Shown: positions 13,611-25,932 of the stretch, piece after piece
Position numbering within the stretch: position 1 is the first letter of the stretch
How the letters are laid out: each line of letters starts with the position of its first letter
Assembly (NCBI RefSeq): GCF_028641065.1
Contig: NC_073406.1
Coordinates: 8,246,001 to 8,310,000 of the forward strand
Direction of reading: 5' to 3'
Source of the DNA: Leucoraja erinacea
Taxonomy: Eukaryota
DNA: 64,000 bases
The notes under the pieces: model-generated
What the model was told of the DNA's origin: nothing
Seen by the model: the letters and a program-made list of their open reading frames with translations, nothing else
The model's database searches: none
Position numbers and translations under genes: made by a program

Positions 13611-14503
13611 CTGGAGTTAAACACCCTGGTTTAGCTACACAGCCCCTGGTTGGCCTGTTTTTATTTAAATATTGTCTGGCAGCTGTGTTTCTGGCCATTC
13701 GGTTTATGATCATTTCTCTGGTGTGGAACCCTGACGTAACCTGAGAAGAACGTGCTCCAGATAACCTCTCCCTCTAGTGATGCAACATTGAATTGCAATC
13801 ATATGAAATTGTTTCCTGTATGTCACCACAAGGTGCTGCGATTCAAACTGAAATTCTCAATGTTCAGTGTGCCAGACCAAACTCTTTACAGTGTTGTATA
13901 AATGGAGCACCTTATGGTACTTCTATACTGTTTTAATGGAACTAATGATCCTTGTAACTAGTGATGCACAGATTCCAGAGATAAACATTCTTGTTGAAAT
14001 TAACATTCTCCATGGATATTTATTGTCATAGATGCAATTAAACATTACACAGAGAAATTAATTTTGCTTATAATACCGGTGACACCCCGTGTGGTGAAAT
14101 TTTATCGCATTCCCACGTGTTCATTCCACTGGAACGTCTCCCGATCCCCTCCGTTGCCCACGGCCGGCTCGGCCTGCAAACTGTTGTCCCTCTTCTTCTG
14201 GCCAGCCATCTTGTGGTCTGGGGGCAACCTCCTGCAGCTGACCTAGAGGCGCTGGATTCCTTGTTCATGTCTTGTGGACTAAGTTCAGTATTATTTCGTA
14301 GGTGGCCTTTCTTCATGTTGACAAATGTGCAGAGTGTATGCTTGTGTGGGTCAATGTTGCTGAGCCATTGCTCTGTAGGCTAACTGTAGTATAACAGATC
14401 GATAGAAGAAATGAACTTGACCCCCCAATCTCAACATTTATAATTGAAACTAAAATGGTAGGCATTTGTGATCTGAAGGACTATGCTGTTGCTTCTATTG
14501 CAG

Positions 14504-14597
14504 GTCTGCACCATGTCCCCCAGACACTCCGCCAACTGCTCCAGGACCCTATGGCAGCAACAGGAAATTGCAGCAGACCCAGGCACAAGTGGATGAG
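14504..14597 (+). CDS. VAMP3: VAMP3 exon 2
   Basis: ttgcag| (M)SAPCPPDTPPTAPGPYGSNRKLQQTQAQVDE |gtaaga. Confidence 0.93.
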
Positions 14598-16067
14598 GTA
14601 AGAACCATGTCTCAATGCACAGATATGTTTAATGGTTGGAATATAGAAGTCTACAGAAGACTATTTTCATCCACTAAGCACTCGAGCTAGAGAAGAGCCC
14701 CAAAATTTGTACTTTTGAAATCAAGTCTGCTTTACGATGAATGAACGCTTAAGAGTCACAAACCAAAGATGATTGTCATCTCCTTTGGTTAGTAAACCTG
14801 AAATGCTCAGTGATTGCAAACCAAGTTTACTTTCAAAAGTGCAAATTTGTCCTGAAATAAATAAATGTTGGGAACTTGTGAAACCTGGTTTGATGTTGAC
14901 TGCTCAACATTCTCATAGTCATAAAGGATACAGGCTGATCACCCTTGTGCTACCTAAAACAGTTATTCATTTGGGTCGTGCTACAGTTTATTTGATTGAG
15001 CAGATCTTTAATGTCGATCTGCCTTTGGCTGTTTTAGACAAAAGATTTGATTTCCATCTTCAAGTGAACCAGGCTGCTGGTGCTCCTGGAGCTGACCTTG
15101 TTGACCAGCGATGGTCAAGAATCACTTGCAGGTTGCACAGGACTTGTGGTGACCTACAGTGGAACCTGGTATCTATTGCATATATTTAAGCACCATGCTG
15201 CAGCAGCAGCAGCTGCTGAATTAGGGCTATCCCTTGTCCACTTTGTTTCAGTTTTTTTTTTAATGCAGCCTGTGGCATTCAGCCTGCTTAGAGTAGTTGT
15301 TCTAGTTCTAAACTTGCTTGTTTACAACTCCAAACTTGAAGGATTTTGTGGAGACTTGGTAGTCATGCATACAGTTTCCAGCAAAGGGGGGTTGGGTTAC
15401 TAGATTTCACCTTGCATCTTCTGACATTTACTATATCAGAAACTGTCCAAATGACTTCTACCTACAGTTGTACCCATAATAGGTAGAAATTACATTGAAC
15501 ATCATTAGAACCATCTGCTCTGCAGACGCTAATCCAATCATCTAATTTAATTTCTGTTGCTACTTTATTCTTTATTGAAGTATTTCTCCAGACACTCAAG
15601 GTGCATGTCCTTCACAACAAGACCAGTAGAACACACTTTCAATAACAAGTTTGAAGTTCCTCCCACCTATCTCGGCTTGATATTAGGTTTGCACAGAACA
15701 GAATGACTAGCCCATGTGTTTTTGAGCTATTCACTCTTTCCCCCCCCCACCCCCCTTGCTGATAGCCCTGCTGGGTGTTTCTAATGGGTACATTTGAGAC
15801 CCTGAAGTAAATCCAGCCCCTTACCTTCTCGGGTTATACATTTCAAGCCATGAAGGTTTTAATCTCTGCACTTTCCCCAAATTCTTGCCAGAGACTCAAA
15901 ATCAATATCCTTTGGCTACTTGCAGTCATTAGAAACAGTTCTTTGTTTCCACCCTGATTCTTTTGAATAACTGTTTTACTTGACAAAAGGACTGATTAAC
16001 TACTTGCCTTCATACTCCTCCCACCCCTAATTCCAGAGGAAAATACTCATGGGTTTTCTTCACACTA

Positions 16068-16410
16068 GGTTGTGCAGCTGTCGAGTTGCTGCCTTACAGC
16101 GCCAGAGACCCGGGTTCGATCCTGACTTTGCATGCTGTCTTTGTGGAGTTTGCGCATTCTCCCTGTGACCTCGTGCTCCGGTTTCCTCCCACATTGTATT
16201 GTATTCAATTTATTGTCATTATATCATATTAGAGACAACAAAATGAATTTTCCTTAGTCAAGTAACATAAAAATAAATAATAAATAATCCCAAAGACATG
16301 TGGGTTTGTAGGTTAAATGGTTCGGTAAATTGCCCCCTCGCGATAGAACTTGTGCTTGGGTGAATGTTGGTTGGTGTGGACCAAAGGGCCTGTTTCCCTG
16401 CTGTGTCTCT
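16068..16410 (+). mobile_element. tRNA-derived V-SINE-like copy with nested insertion
   Basis: gagttgctgccttacagcgccagagacccgggttcgatcctgact head; interrupted at ~16195-16288. Confidence 0.75.
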
Positions 16411-16531
16411 CAACTAAACTACACTCTTGCATCTCTGCTACAGTTCAGATAAAAAAATTCCGGGCGCCTTTTACTTCCTATTCATCGTCAAGACTTTTCC
16501 TGTACACTCCGTTCTATTTTGCCACCTTCAG

Positions 16532-16690
16532 GTTGTGGATATCATGAGAGTGAATGTAGACAGAGTTCTTGAACGAGACCAGAAGCTGACAGAGCTGGAT
16601 GACCGGGCTGATGCACTGCAAGCAGGGGCGTCGCAGTTTGAGACCAGTGCTGCAAAACTAAAACGCAAATATTGGTGGAAGAACTGTAAG
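16532..16690 (+). CDS. VAMP3: VAMP3 exon 3 (R-SNARE motif)
   Basis: [53 protein letters not shown]; 159 nt, AG/GT bounded. Confidence 0.97.
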
Positions 16691-17182
16691 GTAAGATCGT
16701 GATTTATTACTTGGCAGTTAGCTTCAGCCATCGTTCCTGATCAGGAATATTTATAACAAAAATAAATCGGTTGCTTAAGTGCTTTTCGTAAACTTTTTTA
16801 TCACATGTTTCTGTATGGAAGTATCCTGACTTGCAATTGAGTCTCATTTGAACATGCAGGCTGGAAGTGACTGAAGTGACTGTTCAAGATGAGTCAATTT
16901 GATTGAGTCTAGTTCCTTAAACTGCTGGCATAAGTTATTCTTGTGGTGAGCTGGCCACATTCTTCCTGGGCTTTTTATGCAATGAGCAGATGTGGAGCTG
17001 TCAAAACACATCCTCTGGGTAATGAAAAGAAGGCTCCCCCGCTGAAAGTTGGAATGAGTGATATTTGCTACATCAGATTGGAACGCTGCATATCCAAAAT
17101 TAATGTTTTTTTGTTATCGCTGCATCTGCAGAAGTGGCATTTCCTGCATTGAAATATAATATTCAGGCTTTTATTCCAACAG

Positions 17183-17234
17183 ATGTGGGCAATCTTAATA
17201 GCGGTCATCCTGATCATCATAATTATCATAGTTG
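17183..17234 (+). CDS. VAMP3: VAMP3 exon 4 (transmembrane anchor)
   Basis: MWAILIAVILIIIIIIV; KNCK-MWAI is VAMP3-like rather than VAMP1/2 (MMI); 52 nt, AG/GT bounded. Confidence 0.93.
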
Positions 17235-17759
17235 GTGAGTATTCCTTCTTGCTTTACTTTCCTTTCCATCTTCTGCACCTGTCTCCAATTCTTAATCTGC
17301 CCCTTGAGTACTAATCCAATAACCTCTGTTTATGGAAACTCAATTCAGAAGATGGTGAAAGTACTTGTGATGGATGCTCAGACTGTCAGGACAAATTTGC
17401 CAATGTACAAGTTCCTACCACCTCGACTCTCGGTCCATGCCGCAGGTGTGGTTCATTTAACCAAGCCGCTTGCTGGTGACCTCTGAGCTTGTGTCAAATT
17501 GGAGCTGTTTAGGAACCCTCAGTAAATGCTGCCGGCAAAACTTGTCTCATTCCAGCAAAGAACTACTGGGTTTAGATTGGAGACTACTATGTACTTGTAC
17601 CGCAAAAGTGGCCAGATTGTGACGCTTTGGTCACTTGTGTGACTTGGTTTCCTGCTGTTAAAGCTGCCTTTTGTTATAACTTCCACAACAAACATGCAAT
17701 CACTGTAGTCCACAATGTGAGTAATCGCGTGGCTGATCTATTCTTTGCTTTCTTTGCAG

Positions 17760-17776
17760 TTTGGCAGACCTCGTAA
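17760..17776 (+). CDS. VAMP3: VAMP3 exon 5 coding part
   Basis: tctttgcag| (V)WQTS* in phase with exon 4. Confidence 0.85.
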
Positions 17777-20107
17777 GACTGACCAAATTCTTGCCTGTTG
17801 GAAATTGGAGGTGGACTTTAAGATTTCAGCTCTACATCTACTGTTTTTAAAATAGTTCATTTTTGTCTCGGCTTAACATGATTAAACATTGGAGGGAATT
17901 ATTGAGTATAATCAGGAGTTTAGAATGTTGTAAATTAAGTATTGATCTTGTCACCTGAAACGTGTCCATCACACACTGAACTTCAGCGGCATAGTTTCTC
18001 AATCTGTTAATTGATAATAGCACCATCTTCTTGGACTTGGATGGGACCAAATTTCTTTGGGCAACTTCAAGTCTTAATGCTTTAATCTAGTGCCTCGTTA
18101 TCCTGGCCTGAAGTTACCTCAAGAATCAACTCCTGATCACGGCCAAACTTCAACGTAATTGTCTGTATTTGTCTTGCTGAACTTTTTTTTTTTTCTTTCC
18201 CCCCCCCCCCCCCCCCTCCCCCACTTCCAAGTAATGCCCTAACTCAAATTTTTTATTTGAGTAAACGGTTCATCAAGTTGAGGGTTATTAGATGAAGTCA
18301 GATTGTGTCATGCCAACATTTGAATTGGCTTCTGCTCGAGTAATGATTGAGCAAAGGATCATGAGTGCTAAATGGAGACATGGTTTCTCTGTACCTCAAA
18401 CCTTGAAGAATACGCTGGACAAGGGGTGCACGTGATTACCTCAGTCTGATTGCACAGAATACACAGCTTGCCACCAATTATAGTGTTGCCTGCTGCATCT
18501 GTGTTATTGTAGAAAGGGAGGATTCTTCACCAAAATGGTATTTCCTTGTCTAGATGTTTTATAACTCTCCATTGAAGCAGAGTGGCCTGTATATGAAGAC
18601 CTTTGCCCTATTCCTGTTTCATTTGACACTTGAGCATTATTAGTTTAGAACTCTCCTTTTCCAGATGGGTTCTTTTAAAAGGTTGAATGAACTATTTGCC
18701 AACTCTTATCTCGTGGAGATTTGTTTGGATTTCACGCTGTACCTCCAAATTGCTGGATTAGAGGAGAATGGAAGATCTACACCACTAATTAGTGATGGGT
18801 GTGGTCTAGTTAAAATCCATCCTTCCAATCTCAACAGGAAAATTCAAAGACTCCTTAAATTTGCAGTGCTAGGTTTTAGCAACCATGTTTTTTTAAGATA
18901 TGCCAGTTGCCTGATTTACCTTGAGAGCTTTTCTATAAAATAGCCAAGAACCGTTTGATTATCTTGTGCCTTAACTGGTCTTCATCCTGGTTTGATGTTG
19001 TGATTTACTGGATCGCCACTGGAAATCTGTGCCTTTCTAACTTGAAATAGACTTTCTTGAACCATGTACAAAGCTTGCTACGTGACAAGGTAGTGTTTTT
19101 GGTACAGTTTACTCCGAGCACAAAGGGGAGAAATGTTTGGTCATGTACACTATGTGGTTACTACAGAAGTAGATTTGGCTCTAGACTTTGCTAAATATCT
19201 TTTTCCACTATAAGCCCTTAAATTAATTACTGCATCGTTGACGTGGGTTCACAAATCCGTATTCTTTCTGCACAAGTTTTCGTTTTTAAATCCTTGTTGA
19301 CCTTGTCCTAAAGTCCTTGACATCTAATCGATCTTGAAGTGCGAACTCCTGCACATCTTGATGGCTACACCAAACAGCAAATGAGCTGCACTGTAGACCT
19401 GTGTGCCAGTTGGGTCGGTTCACTGCACTTGCCATTCAATTTCGTAGTGATAGTTTTGGTTAAAATTTGTCCAGCACTTGCCTTTGCATTGCACTTTGGG
19501 ACACTGAACAGTACATTAGTGATGGGGATTCAGCTTGCGACTGCAGTTTTAGTGACCTGAGTGACAGTTTTTATGCTTTGTGAGATGCTCCTTCATTTTG
19601 CATCTTTCCATATAAAGGGTCAGGCAGAACTGATAACTTGCCTTTACCAACTCTGCTGCTGAACTGCAGAATTGACCCAAAGTGTGTGCAATGTGGATGA
19701 ATTGATTCTTGATGATTGTTTGTTACAATTTAGGCTTTGGTTTAAAATCAGAATTTGAATGAACCATCACCTCGGGTTCAATATTGGTCTGCCAATTTTT
19801 TTTTTTTTTCTAACTTTTTAATGGAATTCACTTAATCAGCAGTTGGGATTTGTAAATTGAGATGATAATTGTAAACTTGAGCAGGTGCCTTAATGGCTTC
19901 AGCCAGCAAGTTTGATGTTTTATTGAGCTTGGTTCTTGTTGCCTTGTGCAGTAGTTACTGCCACTGGGACTTGATCCCAACCGTTACCAAAACCCAAACA
20001 AGTGCCTCTTGCCGAGAGTGCCCCACTTAATTACACTATTACAAAGCTTGTCCAGGGTAGCAATGTGGCTAGGCCTGTTCAATTGCATTTTACGACATGA
20101 AAAATTT

Positions 20108-20113
20108 AATAAA
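20108..20113 (+). terminator. Putative VAMP3 polyadenylation signal
   Basis: AATAAA after ~2.3 kb of U-rich 3'UTR-like sequence lacking recognisable transposons. Confidence 0.5.
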
Positions 20114-20744
20114 ATATTTCACAATCTGAAGGCTTGTCGTTCATGAGGTTGCGTGCACACTACACTGGGTTTGAAATGCTGGAGGAAGAAAATGCAAGGA
20201 AATTTCATTTTAAATGAGCAGTCATCTGGTGTCAGGATTAAGAAACTAGTTGTCTTTCTCCAGAACAAGGCTGGCATTTATTGCATCACAAACCCAATGC
20301 CCTGAAGGTGTTGGTCGTGTAACGCAAGTGATCTTGTTGAAGTGTTGCCCCAGTGGTGGTTTTGCAGATCATAACCATATAACCATGAAAGAAGCCGGGA
20401 TGGTTCTCTCCTTTCTGAATTTTCCCTCCTGCTTCTGGGCAATGAGAAATGCCAATATTGAACAGAAGGAAAATTATAGACTGGCAGTATGGATATGGGT
20501 GGATTTTGTAAACATGGCGAGATGTTGCAGGAGATGGGTCATATGATATTTACTAATATCTACCAACACTATGTGAATGATTGAACTCAATATGAGTATG
20601 TAGGGAGAACATTTGAAGGGAAAGACTAAATTCCTGTTATACTTAAACCCAAGGCCTTTCTTATATTGCAGATCGTTTTCCTATGATGGGATTTTTCCCG
20701 TACCCTGGGAAAAAAGATTTGCTGTTTTATACAGCTATGTAAGA

Positions 20745-20950
20745 TCATCCCTCGGCCTCCTGTGCTGCATTGAATAGAGTCCTGGCCTGCCCACAACTTT
20801 CCCTGTAGCTCAGGCCCTTGGTCCTGGCACTATCGTAAATCTTCTCTGCACTCTTTCCAGCATAATGGCATCTTTCCCGAAGCAGGGTAACCAAAGCCGA
20901 CCACAATACAAGTGCAGCCTCGCCAATCTTGTACAACTACAACACAACGT
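20745..20950 (-). mobile_element. CR1 LINE fragment
   Basis: Reverse strand resembles LYK.LVRLHL.Y.VQ.W.P..RKD...LE.VQRRF. Confidence 0.6.
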
Positions 20951-21630
20951 CTCAACTTCGATAAATGCCACTGCAGGAAGAATTGGGTAATTCTTTCAGA
21001 GGGCACCAATAGTCATTGGTCGAATGGTCATTTTTTTTCAGTAAGCACTTGGAGAACCTTAATTTGTATTGAGGGTTCGGAAGGCTTCCCGGCGAGCCAT
21101 GGAGTGGGTGAGGCTGCTGATCAGATCACAAGCAGATTTAATATGAAGCGCAGAAATCAATGGAGGTCAGAGCCTGCAAGTCGACAGAACCATGCAGCTG
21201 GGGCCTGGGTCAGTGCCACGGAGTGGTCTGGAGAGGACCCGGTAGTGGATGGGGTGGTGCCAAACAATGGGCCACGTGTAGTGTAGACCCGCGGCTGGGG
21301 GGAGAACAAGTGGGGGGCCTAGCGTGTCAGTGCCCTTAGCTGGCGACTATTTGCATACCTTGGGTATATAAGCAAAGAATCTAATTGTGCCTTGTCAGAT
21401 GTGACCTTAAAGATTATGTCGTTCATTCATTCGCATGCTGCAATCTTGAGTAAAAAACAAACTGCTGGAGGAACTCAGCGGGTGCGTGGCATCTGGGAAG
21501 GGCATGGACACCGAAGATCCATTCCCTCCGTGGATGCTGCCGGACCCGCTGAGTTTCTCCAGCACTTCTGCATGTGGGCGGATGTTGCCTCCAGCGCCCG
21601 GCGCCGAGTGACCGCGGACATGGCCCTCTC

Positions 21631-22327
21631 CCGGAACTTTGCTCGGTATCTTTAATCTCCCGGGCCAGATGTTCGCAACATCAGCCCACAACAACTGAAG
21701 GCAGCTCATGTTTAAGAATGAAGGCCGCTCGCTTGATTTTAACTGCGCCTCAAAGACAATGAAGTGTTTGTACCGGGCCGGCTACAACCTCGCTGCTGCC
21801 TCTTCACAGCCCCTTTCACTCTGTGCCCGCACCCAGTGTGATGTTAATGCGGCTCGTTGGGGCTTCCTCGCCCATTCACAACCCGACCCACCCTTTATGC
21901 CTCTAATCAAACTCGAGTGACTTAAACAAGCTCCGGGAGAGTCCATCGAGCTTGTGTTTGGTCTCCACTTTGTGTCAAAGGCCTGACGCGTGGCAACACG
22001 CTCCCGTTCCCCACTCGCCACTTTCCTCGCGGTATCCAGTGGATCGGTGGCGAGATGCTGCCGCGTTGATTGCGCGTCGCGGGTGGCGACTTGTCCCTCC
22101 CCGTGGCCGCGGGGTTGGGGGCTGTGGGAGCTCAATGGCACGGAGGCGTTGCTGCGATTTTCCTCGCTGCGAGGCGCCGTCCGCGCTGGAGGCTGTTGTC
22201 AGGGAACTGGGTCACATTTAATATGGGCAACGGGGCCCCGCCGATTCGCTGCGGATCAGCAAATTGCTTCTTTTGTTCTGGGGGTTTCTTGCGCGAAAAA
22301 AAGAGCAAGAAGGGAAACTGTTCTTTG
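21631..22327 (+). repeat. Local low-copy module A, copy 1
   Basis: Near-identical to reverse complement of 32689-33384, 42292-42931 and 47408-47917; ORF-track translations of the copies are the same or nearly so. Confidence 0.95.
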
Positions 22328-22910
22328 ACAGCCCAAGAGTCACTTTCACCTTCCAGCGAGTTCAATACAACCGTTTCAAAAAACTATGTGTTGTCGAAAG
22401 GAACTGCTGGTTTGCACCGAAAATTGACACAAAACGCTGGAGTAACTCAGAGGCAGAGGCAGCATCTCTGGAGACCCATCTGTGGGGTAATGGTACAATA
22501 CTAAGTACCATGAGAAGGATCTCGACCTGATTCGTTACTCATTCCTTCTCTCCAGAGATGCTGCCTGTCCCGCGGAGTGACTCCAACATTTTGTGCCGAT
22601 CTTCGTTCCAAACTTTGAGCGTTGGAGCACGCACTTCCTCACGCCACAACCTATACACTCAGAGCCGAGTTCCTCCAGCACAATCTTGTGTTTTACTCAA
22701 GATTCAAGACACCTGAAGGCGATGGAGGGCACGCTGGGCTTCATCAGTCAGGGATGGGGCGTAGAAGAGAGTTGATAGATTCGAGAGTAATTCGGTATTT
22801 AACTGGAAAGTGGAAAATGACAAGAGAGAGAACTGTCTCAACGCGTTATCCTCTGCCTTTGCCGGCGAGAGGAAGGCGACTGGGGTATCATTCAGAGGCT
22901 GGAGTGGGGT

Positions 22911-22970
<60 letters not shown>

Positions 22971-23572
22971 TCTTGTGGGCAGTCGGTCCAACACAAAGCC
23001 GAGATACATCAGTGATCGCCTCTGAGGGGATCAATGAACCAGGGGATTGGCAAAGAAGGGAGTTTCTAACTATTGGGGGAGCGAGGCGAATGCATTTTCA
23101 ACACTGGACAGGAAGAAACTACAGATGCTGCTTTGATTCGAAGATAGACACAAAATGCTGGAGTAACTCAGAGCGCCAGGCTGCATCTGTAAAAAAAGGA
23201 ATGGGTGACTTTCAGATGGAGACCCTTCTTCAGTCTGATGAAGCGTCTCGACCCGAAACGTCATCTATTCCTTTTCTCTGGAGATGCTGCCTGACTCACT
23301 GAGTTACGCCAACATGTTGTGTCTATCTTCATCTCCGGACATGTCGGCGCTCCAGTGCATGATGATGGAAGTCTCTCTCCGGCAGCGAGAGCGCCCGCAG
23401 GAAACTATCGATAAACAGAAGAATGTCTAATTGTGTGGACAGTAAATGAACCCCTTCGGAAATGCCAATTATCCGATCGTGGCGGAGTTGCTTCACAATT
23501 CTGTTTATGTCAGATTTAAAAGACTTCTAAACTGCCCGGGCCAGAAGACGAGTCATGCGGGTCCGGGCCAGG

Positions 23573-24076
23573 GTGATTCGATCAAATGAGGACAACCTAA
23601 TTATTAAAACGTGTCCAATCCAACACCAAAACGCGTTCCCAATGAGGAGCGGAGACAGTTAACTGAGTTGAGAGGGGACTTATGCCGGCCGTTGCCGGAC
23701 GGGAGGTGCTGTGAGATTCCTGAGCAGAAAATTGTGATTGTGTCAGGACATGGAGATGATTAGCACGGCGCTGGCTTTGAGCGCGGAGCGTGAAACGGAT
23801 TTGCCATTTACTACAGAGCGAGAAATGAGCGTTGAATAGCATCCCCACTATGACACTGGCCGCCAGCCCCGACCGCCCTGACACCCGCACACACTCAGCA
23901 CCACCAATTTATCGCTTCATTTTCCGCTGCGGGAGGGTCACCGCCGCCCAAGATGCTGATCCTGACGATGCGTTTCATTTGTCGGCGCAGAAGCGAAACT
24001 GATCAAAGTTACACACAAGTATCTAACTGGAGACGGGCGGCGCAACAACATTCCGATATTGTTTCATGGAATCTTT
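23573..24076 (-). repeat. Local low-copy module B, copy 1
   Basis: Reverse complement matches 29611-29951, 39608-40120 and 45307-45521 (shared RVSGRSGLAASVIVGMLFNA... translation). Confidence 0.95.
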
Positions 24077-24649
24077 GCCTCTAATGATGCACCTCGTTTA
24101 GCATACAGCGTGGAAACAAACCCTTCTGCCAACTTGTCCATATCCCTCTAAACATGTACTTTCCACATACGTGTCTAACTGTTTCTTAAACATTGCAATA
24201 CGCTTCAACTACCTCCTCTGGCATTTCGTTCCATACACCCACCAACCACCCTTTGTGTGAAAAAGTTACCCCTCGGATTCCTATTAAATCTTCCCCACTT
24301 CTCCTAAAAGTATTTGCAAAACTCCATGCACCAAGAATCACCAATTTCCATTTTAGTAATCTTATGGGAATTTGAATCCAATATTTTTTTAAATCGCACT
24401 TCTTTCCGCCTCTAACGGTGGGGACAGAATCTCCCGTTGTCTTTGATCAGTTGGTGTTTCAATTAATAATTGGTTATGACTTGTTTGTTTTGCTGGACGT
24501 TGATTAATGGAGAATAATCCTATCAAATGCCTTAAGGAAGGAACACTTAATGCAAAGAGTTGACCAACTGACCATTGGCAGATCAGCTCCGTGTTTCAAA
24601 TCCAGTGGGGAGGAATAATGATGAAGGAATCTCTCTCTCTCTCTCTGCC

Positions 24650-24726
24650 GCGTTACAATGGGCGCGGGCAGCTGCGGGGAGCGGCGACTCCTTGCATTCA
24701 CATGCAAAGTGGCGATACTTTATAAA
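24650..24726 (+). promoter_or_regulatory. HES3 proximal promoter
   Basis: TATAAA 24721-24726, ~110 bp before ATG; Sox-type ACAATGG 24655-24661; Sox/POU-like CATTCACATGCAAAG 24695-24709. Confidence 0.6.
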
Positions 24727-24837
24727 CCCCTCGCCAACGGCGCTCCCGGCTATTTCACCGCTCACCTGTTCTTGCGGAGCAAGCACACCCAGGAAAAAAA
24801 ACACATAACTATAAGGGGAATCAAAAAAGAGTGTGAA

Positions 24838-24909
24838 ATGAAAAATACCAACAAGCCGGCGGGTCGGTTCTTGCTCCCAGTCGCCACACAAACCTGCGGC
24901 CACAGGAAG
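24838..24909 (+). CDS. HES3: HES3 exon 1
   Basis: MKNTNKPAGRFLLPVATQTCGHRK|gtgggt; phase-0 junction RK|ISKP is typical of Hes genes. Confidence 0.75.
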
Positions 24910-25247
24910 GTGGGTGAGAGATTGCTGGAATCTAGCCGATATATGAAGTGTGTCGGGAGGAACTGCGGATAGGCACAAAATGCTGGAGTAACTCAGCGAG
25001 ACGGGCAGATAAACCGCAAATGCTGGTTTGTGCCAAAGAATGACACAATGAGCTGGAGTAACTCCAACTGAGTTACTTCATTCGGCCTTATTTTGGAGGT
25101 AGATAAAAATGCTGGAGAAACTCAGCGGGCGAGGCAGCATCTGTGGAGCGAAGGAAATAGGCGACGTTTCGGGTCGAGTCTGTCTTCGATTTGTGACGTG
25201 TTGATTTGTGGAAATTGCAAAGAAAGTAACGTGTTTGTTGTTTGCAG

Positions 25248-25343
25248 ATTTCAAAGCCGCTGATGGAGAAAAAAAGAAGGGCTCGGATCAACGAGTGCCT
25301 GGAACAGCTGAAGTCGTTGCTGGAAGACCACTACTCTAATAAC
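25248..25343 (+). CDS. HES3: HES3 exon 2 (basic region/helix 1)
   Basis: ISKPLMEKKRRARINECLEQLKSLLEDHYSNN; 96 nt; matches HES3/her3 signature. Confidence 0.95.
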
Positions 25344-25389
25344 GTGAGGACCCAAACCCTCCCGCCGCCGCGCCAACTCTGCCCAAGTG

Positions 25390-25760
25390 TTTAGTTTGGT
25401 TTAGTTTAGAGATACAGCGCGGAAACAGGCCCTTCGGCCCATCGATTCCGCACAGCCCAGCGACCCCCATCTGACACACACTAGGGGCCAGTTAGATTTA
25501 CACCAAGGCAATTAACCTCCAAGACTTTGGAGTGTGGGAGGATACCGAAAATATTGGAGAAAACCCATGCGGGTCACAGGGAGAACGTGCGAACTCCGCA
25601 CAGACAGCACCCGTAGTCAGAAGATAGACACAACACGCTGGAGTAACTCAGCGGGACAGGCAGATTCTCTGGAAAGAAGGGATGTGTCCAGACCCTTACT
25701 CAGGATCGAACCCGGATCTCTGGCACTGTAAGGCAGCAGTTCTACCGCTGCGCCGCCAGT
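25390..25760 (-). mobile_element. V-SINE-like copy in HES3 intron 2 with nested Penelope-derived fragment
   Basis: Reverse-strand tRNA head (caggatcgaacccggatctctggcactgtaaggcagc) and (gttta)n tail; insertion at ~25619-25698. Confidence 0.75.
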
Positions 25761-25850
25761 GTTTTGTGTTGAGTTTTTTTTTTCTCGAGTGCTTTCCTTC
25801 TCAGTACCCCTGCCCCTCTCATTTATTCCCTTCACGTTTTTACGCTACAG

Positions 25851-25932
25851 ATTAGGAAACGCAAACTGGAAAAGGCCGACATCCTGGAATTAACCGTGAA
25901 ACATCTGAGGGATTTGCAGAGTTCTCGACAGG
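25851..25932 (+). CDS. HES3: HES3 exon 3 (loop/helix 2)
   Basis: IRKRKLEKADILELTVKHLRDLQSSRQ(G); IRKRKLEKADILEL is diagnostic of HES3. Confidence 0.95.

Noticed and set aside
16532-17234. Assignment as VAMP1 or VAMP2
   Set aside because: Short N-terminus, MWAI transmembrane start and neighbours from the human 1p36 region favour VAMP3
21708-22504. ORFs repeated in each module A and B copy as a multicopy protein family
   Set aside because: No recognisable domain, several overlapping frames, and indels in copy 4 and at module edges break them; identity reflects DNA duplication
22911-22969. Long poly-G as a functional element or poly-Gly ORF
   Set aside because: Homopolymer of unreliable length, possibly a sequencing artefact; similar runs at 28895 and 55233
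23573-24076. Module A or B as a known snRNA, telomerase, 7SK or RNase P RNA
   Set aside because: No diagnostic sequence recognised (no telomerase template, no U-snRNA 5' ends); an Rfam search is needed to exclude fully
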